From Escherichia coli (GTDB lineage: Bacteria; Pseudomonadota; Gammaproteobacteria; Enterobacterales; Enterobacteriaceae), in NCBI RefSeq assembly GCF_024502345.1, contig NZ_JALDNN010000001.1: a stretch of DNA of 64,000 nt, one strand, 5' to 3'. A model generated the notes under the pieces. It had not been told where the DNA came from and ran no database searches. It worked only from the letters and a program-made list of their open reading frames with translations. Position numbers and translations under genes: made by a program. Positions 35,973 through 45,941 of this stretch are shown here, one piece after another (positions within the stretch are counted from its first letter, which is position 1; each line of letters begins with the position of its first letter).

Positions 35973-36266
35973 CTAAACGTCAGTATTCTCAGGTGAATAA
36001 AGATGCTTCTGGCGCATGTAGGCAATAAAAATGCAGGATGGTAGCGTCACCCGGTATGCGGGACCGGCTAAATCAATCAGCAGCCAGAGAGAACTGAGCA
36101 CCCAGCCCACGGGACCGGCAAAAGCGCCCATGGTACGCGTCAGCATGGCATTTCCTGCAACGGTCAGCCCTCTGCCTAACAGGGCTTTCGCCACACCATT
36201 TGTGACAACAAGTGCCATCTGATAGGCCGCAAACCCGGATGTTTTAATCCCCGCCTGGATTGCCAT
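35973..36266 (-). CDS. Hypothetical membrane-associated protein; possibly the 3' half of a frameshifted gene
   Basis: 97-aa ORF starting 2 nt after the stop of the upstream ORF, different frame. Confidence 0.3.
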   Translation of the reverse strand: MAIQAGIKTSGFAAYQMALVVTNGVAKALLGRGLTVAGNAMLTRTMGAFAGPVGWVLSSLWLLIDLAGPAYRVTLPSCIFIAYMRQKHLYSPENTDV

Positions 36267-36268
36267 GG

Positions 36269-36589
36269 TCAGCAGCTCCGGCGTGGGATTGCTGTATCGC
36301 AGACGATACCGAGCAGGAGATACCAGCCATCATCAAGTGCGGTGACGTATTCCGGGTTAGCCAGTGCCACTGCCAGCAGCGGGTCTTCGGGGAGTGTGTC
36401 ATCGTGGTTGAGATGCCAGAGCAGGGTTCCCGTTTCGTTCCAGAAGGCGGTAAACAGGTCGATATCATCGACAGGGCCAAGGATTTCATTGCTGAGGGCC
36501 ACCAGTGCGGAGGCGGGCAGGTTGAGAAGGGGAAGACTGGTGGGAGTCGTGAGTTTAAACATGATTATCTCCATAAGTAATTGATTCAT
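36269..36589 (-). CDS. Hypothetical protein; possibly the 5' half of a frameshifted gene
   Basis: 106-aa ORF immediately upstream of 35973-36266 on the same strand. Confidence 0.3.
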   Translation of the reverse strand: MNQLLMEIIMFKLTTPTSLPLLNLPASALVALSNEILGPVDDIDLFTAFWNETGTLLWHLNHDDTLPEDPLLAVALANPEYVTALDDGWYLLLGIVCDTAIPRRSC

Positions 36590-37081
36590 ATTGATAATAT
36601 GTTTTCAAATGACTTTTAGTTACATTTTTTTTACGTTGTTTGCTTATTTTGGATTATGTCCTTAAATTTAGTAGTGGGCTGGCGTTAAATCCCGTTTTTT
36701 TTCCGATTTGCAGCATTTTGTAAGCAAATTAGCATGAGCTGTTTTAACTGAAAATGAGAGAAGGCTTGCGCACAATTGCTATTGATTTTCTTACTTATTT
36801 TCTCAATCACAAAACGCCTTAAATAGTTCAAAAAACAATCAACACCCCATAATCGATATTATTTATGGGGAGAAACGACGTTTAAGCCTGAAAGTGGGGG
36901 AGTGGCACTTTCAGGAGATTAAGGAGGCAAACAGGCCTCTTTAACGCGTGTTTTTCTCACCAAAATGTCAGAGTCGGTGATTTGCACTTCAGTATTTCTG
37001 CCAATACTATTCGCTCCATGTGCTGGCCAGCATCTAACTCAATACCCTTAATCTGTATTAATTGAGCGAGATGTATGCATT

Positions 37082-38404
37082 ATGAAACCCGATAGTTCTT
37101 TAAACCAAATAACGCAGACAATGAAACGGAATGATGTTGATTCTGTGGATAGTCGCTTTTTTGAGTCAGCGCAAAACATGAAAACCAGCGTTGACGTTGA
37201 AGATTGCTGCGTTGAAGTGATGGTTCGACATCACAGCCCAAAGAATCAAAGAGAGGCATTCACTAAAGCTTTTTTTGATGAGTGTAAAATCCGTGCAGTA
37301 CAAACTGGCCGGACTATCGAAGCCAGCGATACAAAATGTACCGGGCTTAAGGCTATATTCCACTCATCCGGACGCATTAAGTTTATTGTCCGCAAAAGTA
37401 TTCGCGGAAAGAATGTTTACGTTGCAGTAGGAAGTTACCCTGAATTTTCCATTAATAACGCAAGGGAACATGCCTTTAAAATAATTCAGGAGCTTAAGGC
37501 TTCCGTTGAGACTTATGGTGAGCGTTTTCTTACGCACAGCAAAATAACGTTTAATGAACTTGTGGAACAGTATGTGAAATGCGTACTTAACACGGGCGTT
37601 AAGCGTTCAGCTAACACCGACCTTTCTAAGATCCGTAAATACCTGCGCCCTCTTCTCGGTGACAAAAAGCTGGCAGGTATGACGGAGGCAGATGTTCTGA
37701 GCTATCTACACGATCTCGATCTTAAGCCTGCCACACGCAACCGCCACCTGGCGCTCATTAAAGCGGTCTTTACCTGGGCTATACGCATGGGATACACCAG
37801 CCGCTCTCCGGCGCTTTATATCAAAGCGCTGCCTGAAGTGACGTCAGATCGCCGCGCCATGGATGACTCCCAGCTTCAGCGCTGGATGGAAGTCTGTGAG
37901 TGCTGGCGTAATGGTAAACCCGATCATGAAGCCCTTGCTCTGCTCATGTTCCTTGCCCTGACGGGGCTGCGTCTGGGGGAAACCCGTCACCTTCGTCTTG
38001 AAGATGTGGACTGGAGCCGCAAGGTTATCACCCTTCGCCATACCAAAAACGGCAAACTCCGCCGTGTACCGGTATGTGATAAGGCTTTCGTTCTTCTGAC
38101 AGAACAGCGTCAGCATCTGGGTGATGAAGGCTGGGTATTTCCGGGCAAGGGGACCGACAATCCGGTTTCTGAGCCGCGTCGCCTGCAAAAACGGCTTTGT
38201 GAGGCTGCGGGTATTCCACCGTTCACCATCCATGAGATGCGCCATACCTTTGCGACAAAACTCATTGAGAGCGGGGCCGACATTCACACCGTCAAAGACT
38301 TACTGGGCCACAGCACTATCAAAGTGACGGAGCTTTACTTGCACGCTTCCCCGGCGCGTTACCACGAAGCTGTTAACCGGGCGATGAATGTTTTTCCGGC
38401 CTAA
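37082..38404 (+). CDS. Tyrosine site-specific recombinase / integrase (not P4-type)
   Basis: 440 aa; C-terminal catalytic signature ...FTIHEMRHTFATKLIESGADIHTVKDLLGHSTIKVTELYLH. Confidence 0.8.
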   Translation: MKPDSSLNQITQTMKRNDVDSVDSRFFESAQNMKTSVDVEDCCVEVMVRHHSPKNQREAFTKAFFDECKIRAVQTGRTIEASDTKCTGLKAIFHSSGRIKFIVRKSIRGKNVYVAVGSYPEFSINNAREHAFKIIQELKASVETYGERFLTHSKITFNELVEQYVKCVLNTGVKRSANTDLSKIRKYLRPLLGDKKLAGMTEADVLSYLHDLDLKPATRNRHLALIKAVFTWAIRMGYTSRSPALYIKALPEVTSDRRAMDDSQLQRWMEVCECWRNGKPDHEALALLMFLALTGLRLGETRHLRLEDVDWSRKVITLRHTKNGKLRRVPVCDKAFVLLTEQRQHLGDEGWVFPGKGTDNPVSEPRRLQKRLCEAAGIPPFTIHEMRHTFATKLIESGADIHTVKDLLGHSTIKVTELYLHASPARYHEAVNRAMNVFPA

Positions 38405-38476
38405 ACAGAATTCCCCCTCAGGCAAGTGAGTTCTGCGCTTTACTGCCTGTGGTTCACATTCAAAAGGAACCTGTAA

Positions 38477-39172
38477 ATGAATAATAAATCAACACCATCC
38501 CCCTTGACTACAACGACCCCCGCTCGTTTTGCCTGCAGGAAATTAAATGCATTTCTGGCTCGTCGTGCTCTTCATATGAAGGTGGTAAGAAAAAACCTGA
38601 ACAAGGCTGCTGCAATCGACATCGATCTCGATGACATTTCTAAGTGCGGATGCCGTGATGGTCTGCCTGAAGGCTTTGTCAATACTGCAAAAGGGCTTTT
38701 CTATTATGAAGGAAAAAAATGGTACCAGTTAAGCTCGACCCCCATTCTCCCTGTCTACAGGCATTATTCTGATTGTAAAACGCGCAATATGGGCGTCGAG
38801 TTGATGACTATCAACCATGCTGGAGAGTTCGCCTGTGCTGATGTCTCATTAAGTGATGCAATGGTAAAACCTGATCACGTCATGGCTTCTCTGGCGGGCA
38901 AAGGTTTTGGTATCTCCCTGACGATAAAGTCTAAAGAGCTTCTGGTGCAATTCTTACAGGTGTGTATGAAGAAATCGCTGGAATTGCCTACTTATCTTGT
39001 CGCAGATTCGATGGGTTTTGTGCCTGGCAACAAAGCATTTCTTCACGGCAGTATACCTATCGCGCAGCACCTTTTGGAATTTGACTATTTGATTCCGGCT
39101 TCCCGTGTTCCACGAGGGCTTGTCGAGTCGGGAACGCTGGATGACTGGAAAACGATGGTACCTGTGAAATGA
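38477..39172 (+). CDS. Hypothetical protein downstream of the integrase
   Basis: 231-aa ORF with AAGGA-type SD; 3' end overlaps convergent ORF 39085-39468. Confidence 0.4.
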   Translation: MNNKSTPSPLTTTTPARFACRKLNAFLARRALHMKVVRKNLNKAAAIDIDLDDISKCGCRDGLPEGFVNTAKGLFYYEGKKWYQLSSTPILPVYRHYSDCKTRNMGVELMTINHAGEFACADVSLSDAMVKPDHVMASLAGKGFGISLTIKSKELLVQFLQVCMKKSLELPTYLVADSMGFVPGNKAFLHGSIPIAQHLLEFDYLIPASRVPRGLVESGTLDDWKTMVPVK

Positions 39173-39468
39173 ATCCATTCTGATTCACCGAAGTCACTGG
39201 TCTGGTGTGACAGCGAGTACAGCCAGGCGTTATCCTTTTCCGTGATATGTGCGGTACTGCAGCGTATGCCGGCAAGGGTTGCAAACGGTGGTAGTGTGCA
39301 GGTTGACTGTTGGTCGGATTCCTCCACCACGCGGAGTGAATAACCGTTTTCAGCGACCTTGTTAATCAGTTCAGTGAGATTAACACCATCGACATCAACG
39401 ACAATTCGCCCCATGTTCAGTGCCTGCACATTAATGCTGTCGGCTTCCAACGTCAGGGCCAGTTTCAT
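39085..39468 (-). CDS. Hypothetical small protein downstream of the WYL regulator
   Basis: ATG at 39468 preceded by GGAGG; C-terminal extent uncertain because of overlap with 38477-39172. Confidence 0.4.
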   Translation of the reverse strand: MKLALTLEADSINVQALNMGRIVVDVDGVNLTELINKVAENGYSLRVVEESDQQSTCTLPPFATLAGIRCSTAHITEKDNAWLYSLSHQTSDFGESEWIHFTGTIVFQSSSVPDSTSPRGTREAGIK

Positions 39469-39577
39469 TGTTTCGCCTCCGGATGCTTCCCCTGGGTAAT
39501 GTTATTTACCGTTCTGTAGTTATCGCGGGTCATCAGGCCGGTTGCCCTGCGAGCCCGGAGAATATCAATACTGTTTA

Positions 39578-40228
39578 TTAACTGAGAGCGGGTAAGGACT
39601 GAATAAATCCCGGGTCTTCAACAAGACGACACAGACTGTCGTTACGCCGGAAAGTCTCCTGCAGGGGCTGAACCAGATGGATTTCATCCAGGGAGAATAC
39701 GGCGATATGTCCGTCGTGCTCTGCCACCAGATACCAGGCCTGCTGGTGGATAAGTAACCGGCAGGGAGCCAGCCGCTCACAGCGCTGCCCCTCGGCAATC
39801 AGAGTCACCCGCCTGCGCCCGGTAATGGCCTGAATCAGTCGCCAGAAAGACAATGCGCCTGATGGCGAAGGAGCCGGACTGGCGGGTGCGATTACGCAGG
39901 GAGACTCATCGCACATCAGCAGTGCGTTTACCAGACGACGGTCAAAGCCAGGGAAAAGACCGGCCATCCCGCTGCGGTGGGCAAAGATAAGCACGTCGGG
40001 CACCATCTGCGTCTCACTGCCCGCAGTGCGTAAGCGGTAATATCCGGACTGATACTCCAGGTCCAGATACATCAGCCGCTCACGAAAATCACGCCGCAGC
40101 GTGCGCACCGACACACCAAACTCAGCGGCAAGCTTACGCACACTCAGCGTTTCCCCTGCCACCAGACGGCTGATTATCAGTGACAGCCTGACAGCCAGCC
40201 GGTCATGGCGGCGTTCTGCCTGTGTCAT
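39578..40228 (-). CDS. HTH plus WYL-domain transcriptional regulator (YfjR-like), paralog of 35157-35870
   Basis: 216 aa; [28 protein letters not shown]; same architecture as the first WYL regulator. Confidence 0.7.
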   Translation of the reverse strand: MTQAERRHDRLAVRLSLIISRLVAGETLSVRKLAAEFGVSVRTLRRDFRERLMYLDLEYQSGYYRLRTAGSETQMVPDVLIFAHRSGMAGLFPGFDRRLVNALLMCDESPCVIAPASPAPSPSGALSFWRLIQAITGRRRVTLIAEGQRCERLAPCRLLIHQQAWYLVAEHDGHIAVFSLDEIHLVQPLQETFRRNDSLCRLVEDPGFIQSLPALS

Positions 40229-40444
40229 GAGACGTTCTCCGTGAAAGTTAACTGACTGAAAATGATGTGATTACTTTAAAGAGGGGGTCGGACAGGGTAT
40301 GGACACCACAGAAACTATTTTTCATTTCTGCAAAAGCCAGAGGCAGCGGGGGTTACAGGCCTTCCCTCGGTGAGTGAGGACCGTCAGCACGGTGCGATGC
40401 GGACAGGTGGTGTCCGATATTAACAAAGCAGCAACATTAAACGG

Positions 40445-41266
40445 TCACTGCAGTTGCGTGAGCAGGGCTTCCGCCATCACCCACAGTGCCCGGTTAAGTT
40501 TCACGTCCCCGTCGATACCGCGAACGGCACGGGTATGTGACCGTCCTCCTTTGGCATTACGGCCACTGAGCCCGCCCTTAATCAGGTTCTCCTGAATACG
40601 CTGGTACGTGGTCCACAGGTCATTGCTCTCATCCTGCCAGCGGCGAGGGGAGAGGATCTGCGATTCAGTCACCGGCTGGTGGTCTTCACCAAAGCGGTAT
40701 GTGAGGGCGGCTTTTGCCAGTGCCTGCTGTGCCGGGGGTGGCAACAGCAACGACTGCATGGCATCCCGTTTCTCCTCCACCCGGTCAAAAATCCCCAGCA
40801 CCTCATACGCGCCTTCAATCACCTGACTCACCACGTCCCCCTTGTGTGGCACCCGCACCTCGCCAAACGACTCACCGCAGACGAGCCCGTTCTGACAAAC
40901 CGCACGAAATAGTCCCGGCAACATCTGATACGAACTAGTGCCATCGTGGGAGTTGAGCAGGATAATTTCTGGTACCTGTTTACCGGTAATCTGCCCCTCA
41001 CGCCGCAGACGCAGCATATGCTTTGTATGTTCACGACGACCGGGGTCACGCACGCGGGTCTGACAGGCAAAGAATGGCTGGAAGCCTTCTCGCTGTAGGC
41101 TGTCGAGCAGGGAGATGGTAGGTATATAGGTATAACGCTCACTGCGGGATTCATGTTTGTCCTCGCTGAATACACTGGGCACCACGCGAAACAGCTCCTC
41201 ACGGGTTAACGGGCGGTCGCGACGGATAAGGTTTGCTGCGCCAAAGCGCGAAGCCAGACGGGTCAT
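40445..41266 (-). CDS. DUF932-family protein (YfjQ-like)
   Basis: 273 aa from MTRLASRFGAANLIRRDRPLTREELF; sits in the YfjP-YfjQ-YfjR order of CP4-type islands. Confidence 0.6.
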   Translation of the reverse strand: MTRLASRFGAANLIRRDRPLTREELFRVVPSVFSEDKHESRSERYTYIPTISLLDSLQREGFQPFFACQTRVRDPGRREHTKHMLRLRREGQITGKQVPEIILLNSHDGTSSYQMLPGLFRAVCQNGLVCGESFGEVRVPHKGDVVSQVIEGAYEVLGIFDRVEEKRDAMQSLLLPPPAQQALAKAALTYRFGEDHQPVTESQILSPRRWQDESNDLWTTYQRIQENLIKGGLSGRNAKGGRSHTRAVRGIDGDVKLNRALWVMAEALLTQLQ

Positions 41267-41357
41267 AAGCAGACTCCTCATAATGGGAAAACAAATAAAA
41301 GAAATCCCCGTCGCATCGGCGACAGGGTTAGGGAAATAACAGGGATGGGTTAAATAC

Positions 41358-42221
41358 TCAGAAGAAGAAATCCCAGACGGCACGGGCCACTGACACCACG
41401 GTGGTGCGCACGGCCTGAATGACGGCCCGCACCGGGGCGGGGATCAGGGGAAAGGCACTGATGCTATCGAGTACAGCACCGACGGTTTCACCAAAATCGC
41501 TACGCGCCTGTTCCCGGACTACCGTCGTGCGAAAGGAAGGCTGGAGTTGCGACACCACCGGGCTGGTGGCCTCACGTGGCAGGCACTTAATCATTCGCTC
41601 GGCCATCACCCGCAGTCCCCACTGAAGACGGACCGACACGGCACACACTGGATGTACGGGCTGGAACAGCTCATGCAGCAGGCAGATTTTGCGGCTGATA
41701 TTCTGCTTCTGCGCCGTGGACAACTGTCCCCCACCGCTGGTAGGTTCGGCCTTATCCGACTGGCTGATAACAAACAGCACCTTATGCCGGTATACCTCTC
41801 CAATCACCTGATGATAAAAATGTTCATCCACCGTCAGCGCCCGGTCATCGGCCTTAATCAGCCACAGTACCAGGTCGAGGCGAGGAAGCTGTTCGCGGTA
41901 CAGCGCAGCATACTCGGTATCGCGAGCACCACTTTCGCCCACGCCGGGCAGATCCATCAGCGTTATATAGCGGTCGCCAACCTGCAGGCGAAAGCGCAGT
42001 GGCTCACGTGTACAGGCCGCCACATCGCTGACCGGTGATACCTCACTGGCAAACAGGGCATTGCAGAGTGAGGATTTACCGGCACCGCTCTTACCCATAA
42101 TGCCGATCACTGGCTCGTAGCGGGTTAACTGATTTATCTGCTGCAATATACGTTCAGACACCCACTGTGGCAGACCAGCGAGCGATTGCTGAAACGGCTT
42201 CAATCCTTCAGAATTGTTCAT
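41358..42221 (-). CDS. YfjP/YeeP/YkfA-family GTPase
   Basis: 287 aa from MNNSEGLKPFQQ; P-loop GIMGKSGAGKSSL and DLPG motif. Confidence 0.7.
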   Translation of the reverse strand: MNNSEGLKPFQQSLAGLPQWVSERILQQINQLTRYEPVIGIMGKSGAGKSSLCNALFASEVSPVSDVAACTREPLRFRLQVGDRYITLMDLPGVGESGARDTEYAALYREQLPRLDLVLWLIKADDRALTVDEHFYHQVIGEVYRHKVLFVISQSDKAEPTSGGGQLSTAQKQNISRKICLLHELFQPVHPVCAVSVRLQWGLRVMAERMIKCLPREATSPVVSQLQPSFRTTVVREQARSDFGETVGAVLDSISAFPLIPAPVRAVIQAVRTTVVSVARAVWDFFF

Positions 42222-42327
42222 TACTACTCCTCTGAAAAATAATACAAAAACGGCAGAATCGTGAGATTCCACCGTTAATCTGGTATGTTCAAAGGGATGA
42301 TATATATCTGAAAATTATTAACTTGAT

Positions 42328-43254
42328 CTACTTTTTGTCTTTTTTACGTGATGAAACAGCCTGCAGCCAAGCATGCTTCATTTTCTGAATAAAGAAATAT
42401 TTTTCTTCAACTCCAGTGTCCCAACTATCCATGCATGCAATGATCATCTGTATTCTCATTGCAGTGTTATATGGTTTTAAATAAAAGGGGATCATATTTT
42501 TATTTCTCAGATACTCCCAGCAATAGATAGCTTGCTTTTCATCTTTTTTATCTAGCCAGTCATAATCAGTAAGAAATGTATTATATTGCTCTAGCCATTT
42601 ATCATGCAACTTACGAAAATAGGAAATTTTCTGACTTAAACTTACAGGAGCTAAATCAATAAACCTCATCAAAGTACAAATGCGTTCTTGTTCGGATGTT
42701 GTATTCGGGCTGTAGTTGTCGGGATCTGCGCCAGATGTTAAATAAAATCTACGCGAGTATTTTTCAGGTATATCTCTATTTTTTTCTTTATTGCTAGGGG
42801 AGGTTCCCACCTGCATTTCGGCTTGTACTTCATCAAGTGAGAAATTTTTAATTTCATCAATGTTTATAAATTCAAAAAAGGATGCAGGAGTTGAGTTCGG
42901 GTTGTAAATATTATCTTGTGCAAAGATATTCACGCTCGAGGAGGTTTCAGGACTGATTCTGTTGTTATATATATACATTAAGGCAAACCACGATCCTCTA
43001 TCAGAACCTTTGAAACAATCGAACTTCTCTTTGTCAATGATTTTGTAATGGAACTGTTTTTTCAAGTAAGTACGCGCACTTTGTATTGCTTCATTATTGA
43101 ATAGGAATTTAGTGTTCAATATATGATTAATGAGTTTTTGAAATTCCTCAGGCGTGTCGAAATTACTCGCCTGCTTAATGTAATCTTCGTTGTAATACAG
43201 ACTCAGAACGTAAAGGGAAAAGAACTCCTCTCTCACTTCGTCATACCTAAGCAT
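42328..43254 (-). CDS. Hypothetical low-GC 308-aa protein, Asn/Lys/Tyr/Phe-rich
   Basis: Long ORF in strongly AT-rich DNA, first gene of the co-oriented block containing the YfjP/YfjQ/WYL genes. Confidence 0.5.
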   Translation of the reverse strand: MLRYDEVREEFFSLYVLSLYYNEDYIKQASNFDTPEEFQKLINHILNTKFLFNNEAIQSARTYLKKQFHYKIIDKEKFDCFKGSDRGSWFALMYIYNNRISPETSSSVNIFAQDNIYNPNSTPASFFEFINIDEIKNFSLDEVQAEMQVGTSPSNKEKNRDIPEKYSRRFYLTSGADPDNYSPNTTSEQERICTLMRFIDLAPVSLSQKISYFRKLHDKWLEQYNTFLTDYDWLDKKDEKQAIYCWEYLRNKNMIPFYLKPYNTAMRIQMIIACMDSWDTGVEEKYFFIQKMKHAWLQAVSSRKKDKK

Positions 43255-43572
43255 GTACCCTCCAGTGTGATATCACATCTGTCCGATGCTTTCAAAAGTA
43301 TAAATGAACCATGATGATTTGGCATCTGCAAGGTGACTGTTGACTGGTTTTTTGCTGATTTTTTAATGATAAAGTAGTGATTACTAACTGATTAGTAAGT
43401 GATTAATGGCTGGTTGCCTCCTGTGATTTTTCTGCCTCTGGTAAATTGGGGGAGAGTACTGATCAACTCACCACTCTGAATAATTTTCATGATTGCACTC
43501 TACAAAGTTTCGACATCCGTCAAATTGTAACGGTCAGAGAACAGCGTTACACGAGGTTTTCCGTATCTATGC

Positions 43573-44629
43573 GGCTTTGTTGAATAAATCGAACTTTTGC
43601 TGAGTTGAAGGATCAGATCACGTATCTTCCCGACAACGCAGACCGTTCCGTGGCAAAGCAAAAGTTCAAAATCACCAACTGGCCCACCTACAATAAAGCC
43701 CTCATCAACCGTGGCTCCATAACTTTCTGGCTGGATGATGAAGCTATTCAGGCCTGGTATGAGTCAGCAACACCTTCTTCACGAGGCAGACCTCAGCGCT
43801 ATTCTGACCTTGCCATCACGACTGTGCTGGTCATTAAACGCGTATTCAGGCTGACCCTGCGCGCTGCGCAGGGCTTTATTGATTCCATTTTTTCTCTGAT
43901 GAACGTTCCGCTACGCTGCCCGGATTACAGCTGTGTCAGCAGGCGGGCAAAGTCGGTTAATGTCAGTTTCAAAACGCCCACCCGGGGTGAAATCGCACAC
44001 CTGGTAATTGATTCCACCGGGCTGAAGGTCTTCGGTGAAGGCGAGTGGAAAGTCAAAAAGCATGGCCAGGAACGCCGCCGTATCTGGCGTAAGCTGCATC
44101 TCGCCGTTGACAGTAAAACACATGAAATCATCTGCGCTGACCTGTCGCTGAACAACGTTACGGACTCAGAGGCCTTCCCCGGGTTAATCCGGCAAACCCA
44201 CCGGAAAATCAGGTCAGCCGCCGCCGATGGCGCTTACGATACCCGGCTATGTCACGATGAACTGCGGCGTAAGAAAATCAGCGCGCTTATCCCTCCCCGA
44301 AAAGGTGCGGGTTACTGGCCCGGTGAATATGCAGACCGTAACCGTGCAGTGGCTAATCAGCGAATGACCGGGAGTAATGCGCGGTGGAAATGGACAACAG
44401 ATTACAACCGTCGCTCGATAGCGGAAACGGCGATGTACCGGGTAAAACAGCTGTTCGGGGGTTCACTGACACTGCGTGACTACGATGGTCAGGTTGCAGA
44501 GGCTATGGCCCTGGTACGAGCGCTGAACAAAATGACGAAAGCAGGTATGCCTGAAAGCGTGCGTATTGCCTGAAAACACAACCCGCTACGGGGGAGACTT
44601 ACCCGAAATCTGATTTATTCAACAAAGCC
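43573..44629 (+). mobile_element. IS903-group (IS5 family) insertion sequence, complete, 1057 bp, no target-site duplication
   Basis: Terminal inverted repeats GGCTTTGTTGAATAAATC at 43573-43590 and 44612-44629; flanking 9-mers tatctatgc vs actgtgttt differ. Confidence 0.9.
43605..44573 (+). CDS. IS903-type transposase
   Basis: 322-aa ORF MKDQITYLPDNADRSVAKQKFKITNWPTYNKALINRGSITFWLDDEAIQAWY... with DDE motif region. Confidence 0.9.
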   Translation: MKDQITYLPDNADRSVAKQKFKITNWPTYNKALINRGSITFWLDDEAIQAWYESATPSSRGRPQRYSDLAITTVLVIKRVFRLTLRAAQGFIDSIFSLMNVPLRCPDYSCVSRRAKSVNVSFKTPTRGEIAHLVIDSTGLKVFGEGEWKVKKHGQERRRIWRKLHLAVDSKTHEIICADLSLNNVTDSEAFPGLIRQTHRKIRSAAADGAYDTRLCHDELRRKKISALIPPRKGAGYWPGEYADRNRAVANQRMTGSNARWKWTTDYNRRSIAETAMYRVKQLFGGSLTLRDYDGQVAEAMALVRALNKMTKAGMPESVRIA

Positions 44630-45024
44630 ACTGTGTTTATCAAATTCCATGCCCTTTTTGCTGCTTAATTTTAAATGACACTCTGATCATGCACCGTGAT
44701 TGAAATAAGTTATAGCCACCCCTTAATCATTTTTTTCAGACGACATTAACTTCGGAGTAAATAATTTAACACAATGAAATATCAAACCGCATCTGGCCTG
44801 AATGTTGAGTATTAATACGTGACGGATTGTTAATATATATCAGTACATAAACCCCAATATTCCAGTAATACACACCTACACAATACACACCAAGCAATTT
44901 AGTCAGCATCACCCAACTAACATCCAACACAAACTCAATAAGCCAGATTTGATACCACCTAATTACCTCAACCATCGCGGGTAAGGTTCCGTCCTGCCCG
45001 ATATTCAGATCACAGGAATCTATT

Positions 45025-45636
45025 ATGCTTAATGATATTTATCTTGACCAACGTCATGCCCCATTCAATACAACGTATTTGCAACGGATGCTGGGTGTAA
45101 TTGATAACGCTATAGCACAACACCCAAGGACAATGGCTGTCCGTGTCGATCTACGTCTGCCTGATGACAACTGTAATAGGAATAGTGGTCTGATATCCCG
45201 TTTCATTGAATCGCTTAATGCAAAAATCGATGCTCGGTACCGAAATAAAATAAAGAATGGCATCAGGAGCTACCCATGCCAGTTGCGTTACGCCTGGGTT
45301 CGGGAAGTGGGAGAAATAAACGAGAAGTCCCATTACCACATGGTACTTTTCGTGAACAAAGACACATTCAATGGACTTGGGAGCTATGGAGAAGGGGGAA
45401 CGGGATTAGCCAGCCTGATACGTGAAGCCTGGCTGAGCGCTTTGCAACTAGGCCCTTACCCCGAATACCGAACGTTGGTCCACATCCCGGACAACCCATT
45501 GTATTACCTGGACGTCAATAATTTAGACTACAAAACGGTTTACGATAAACTCACTTTCAGGCTGAGTTATTTTGCGAAAGAGCGCACCAAGTCATACAGC
45601 CGAGATGAACGCTCGTTTGGCTGCAGTCAGTCCTGA
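45025..45636 (+). CDS. YagK/YfjJ-family protein (inovirus Gp2-like), CP4-type island backbone
   Basis: 203 aa; MLNDIYLDQRHAPFNTTYLQRM...YHMVLFVNKDTF pattern recalled for YfjJ/YagK. Confidence 0.55.
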   Translation: MLNDIYLDQRHAPFNTTYLQRMLGVIDNAIAQHPRTMAVRVDLRLPDDNCNRNSGLISRFIESLNAKIDARYRNKIKNGIRSYPCQLRYAWVREVGEINEKSHYHMVLFVNKDTFNGLGSYGEGGTGLASLIREAWLSALQLGPYPEYRTLVHIPDNPLYYLDVNNLDYKTVYDKLTFRLSYFAKERTKSYSRDERSFGCSQS

Positions 45637-45871
45637 GGCAAAACAAACTAAGTCTATAAAGATTTTTTCAGCCTGGCTCTAATCGACTGAATCTCAGCAT
45701 ACTCCGCTTTTGAAGCCTTGACACGTCAGTTGTTCTTTCACCTCTGAGTGGCTACTCGCGACTGCCTGCAGGAGACTGATTATGTTATTGACCGCAAAAT
45801 CCATTAACTGACTTTTCGACTTAATCTCCTTAAGTTATGTGAGAAATTTGCCGATATGAAAACATGATCCT

Positions 45872-45908
45872 CCAGTCGCTACTGACATGCCCTGTCAGTA
45901 GCGACTGG
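45872..45908. promoter_or_regulatory. Perfect 16-bp inverted repeat with 5-nt spacer upstream of the HTH gene fragment
   Basis: ccagtcgctactgaca-tgccc-tgtcagtagcgactgg, ~35 bp upstream of the ATG at 45942. Confidence 0.4.
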
Positions 45909-45941
45909 TAATCTCAAGGAAAAATTACAAGGAGAACGCGC

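Noticed and set aside
36342-36584. Plus-strand ORFs of 80-106 aa between the WYL gene and the integrase
   Set aside because: Overlap the minus-strand ORF pair 35973-36589 and lack ribosome-binding sites.
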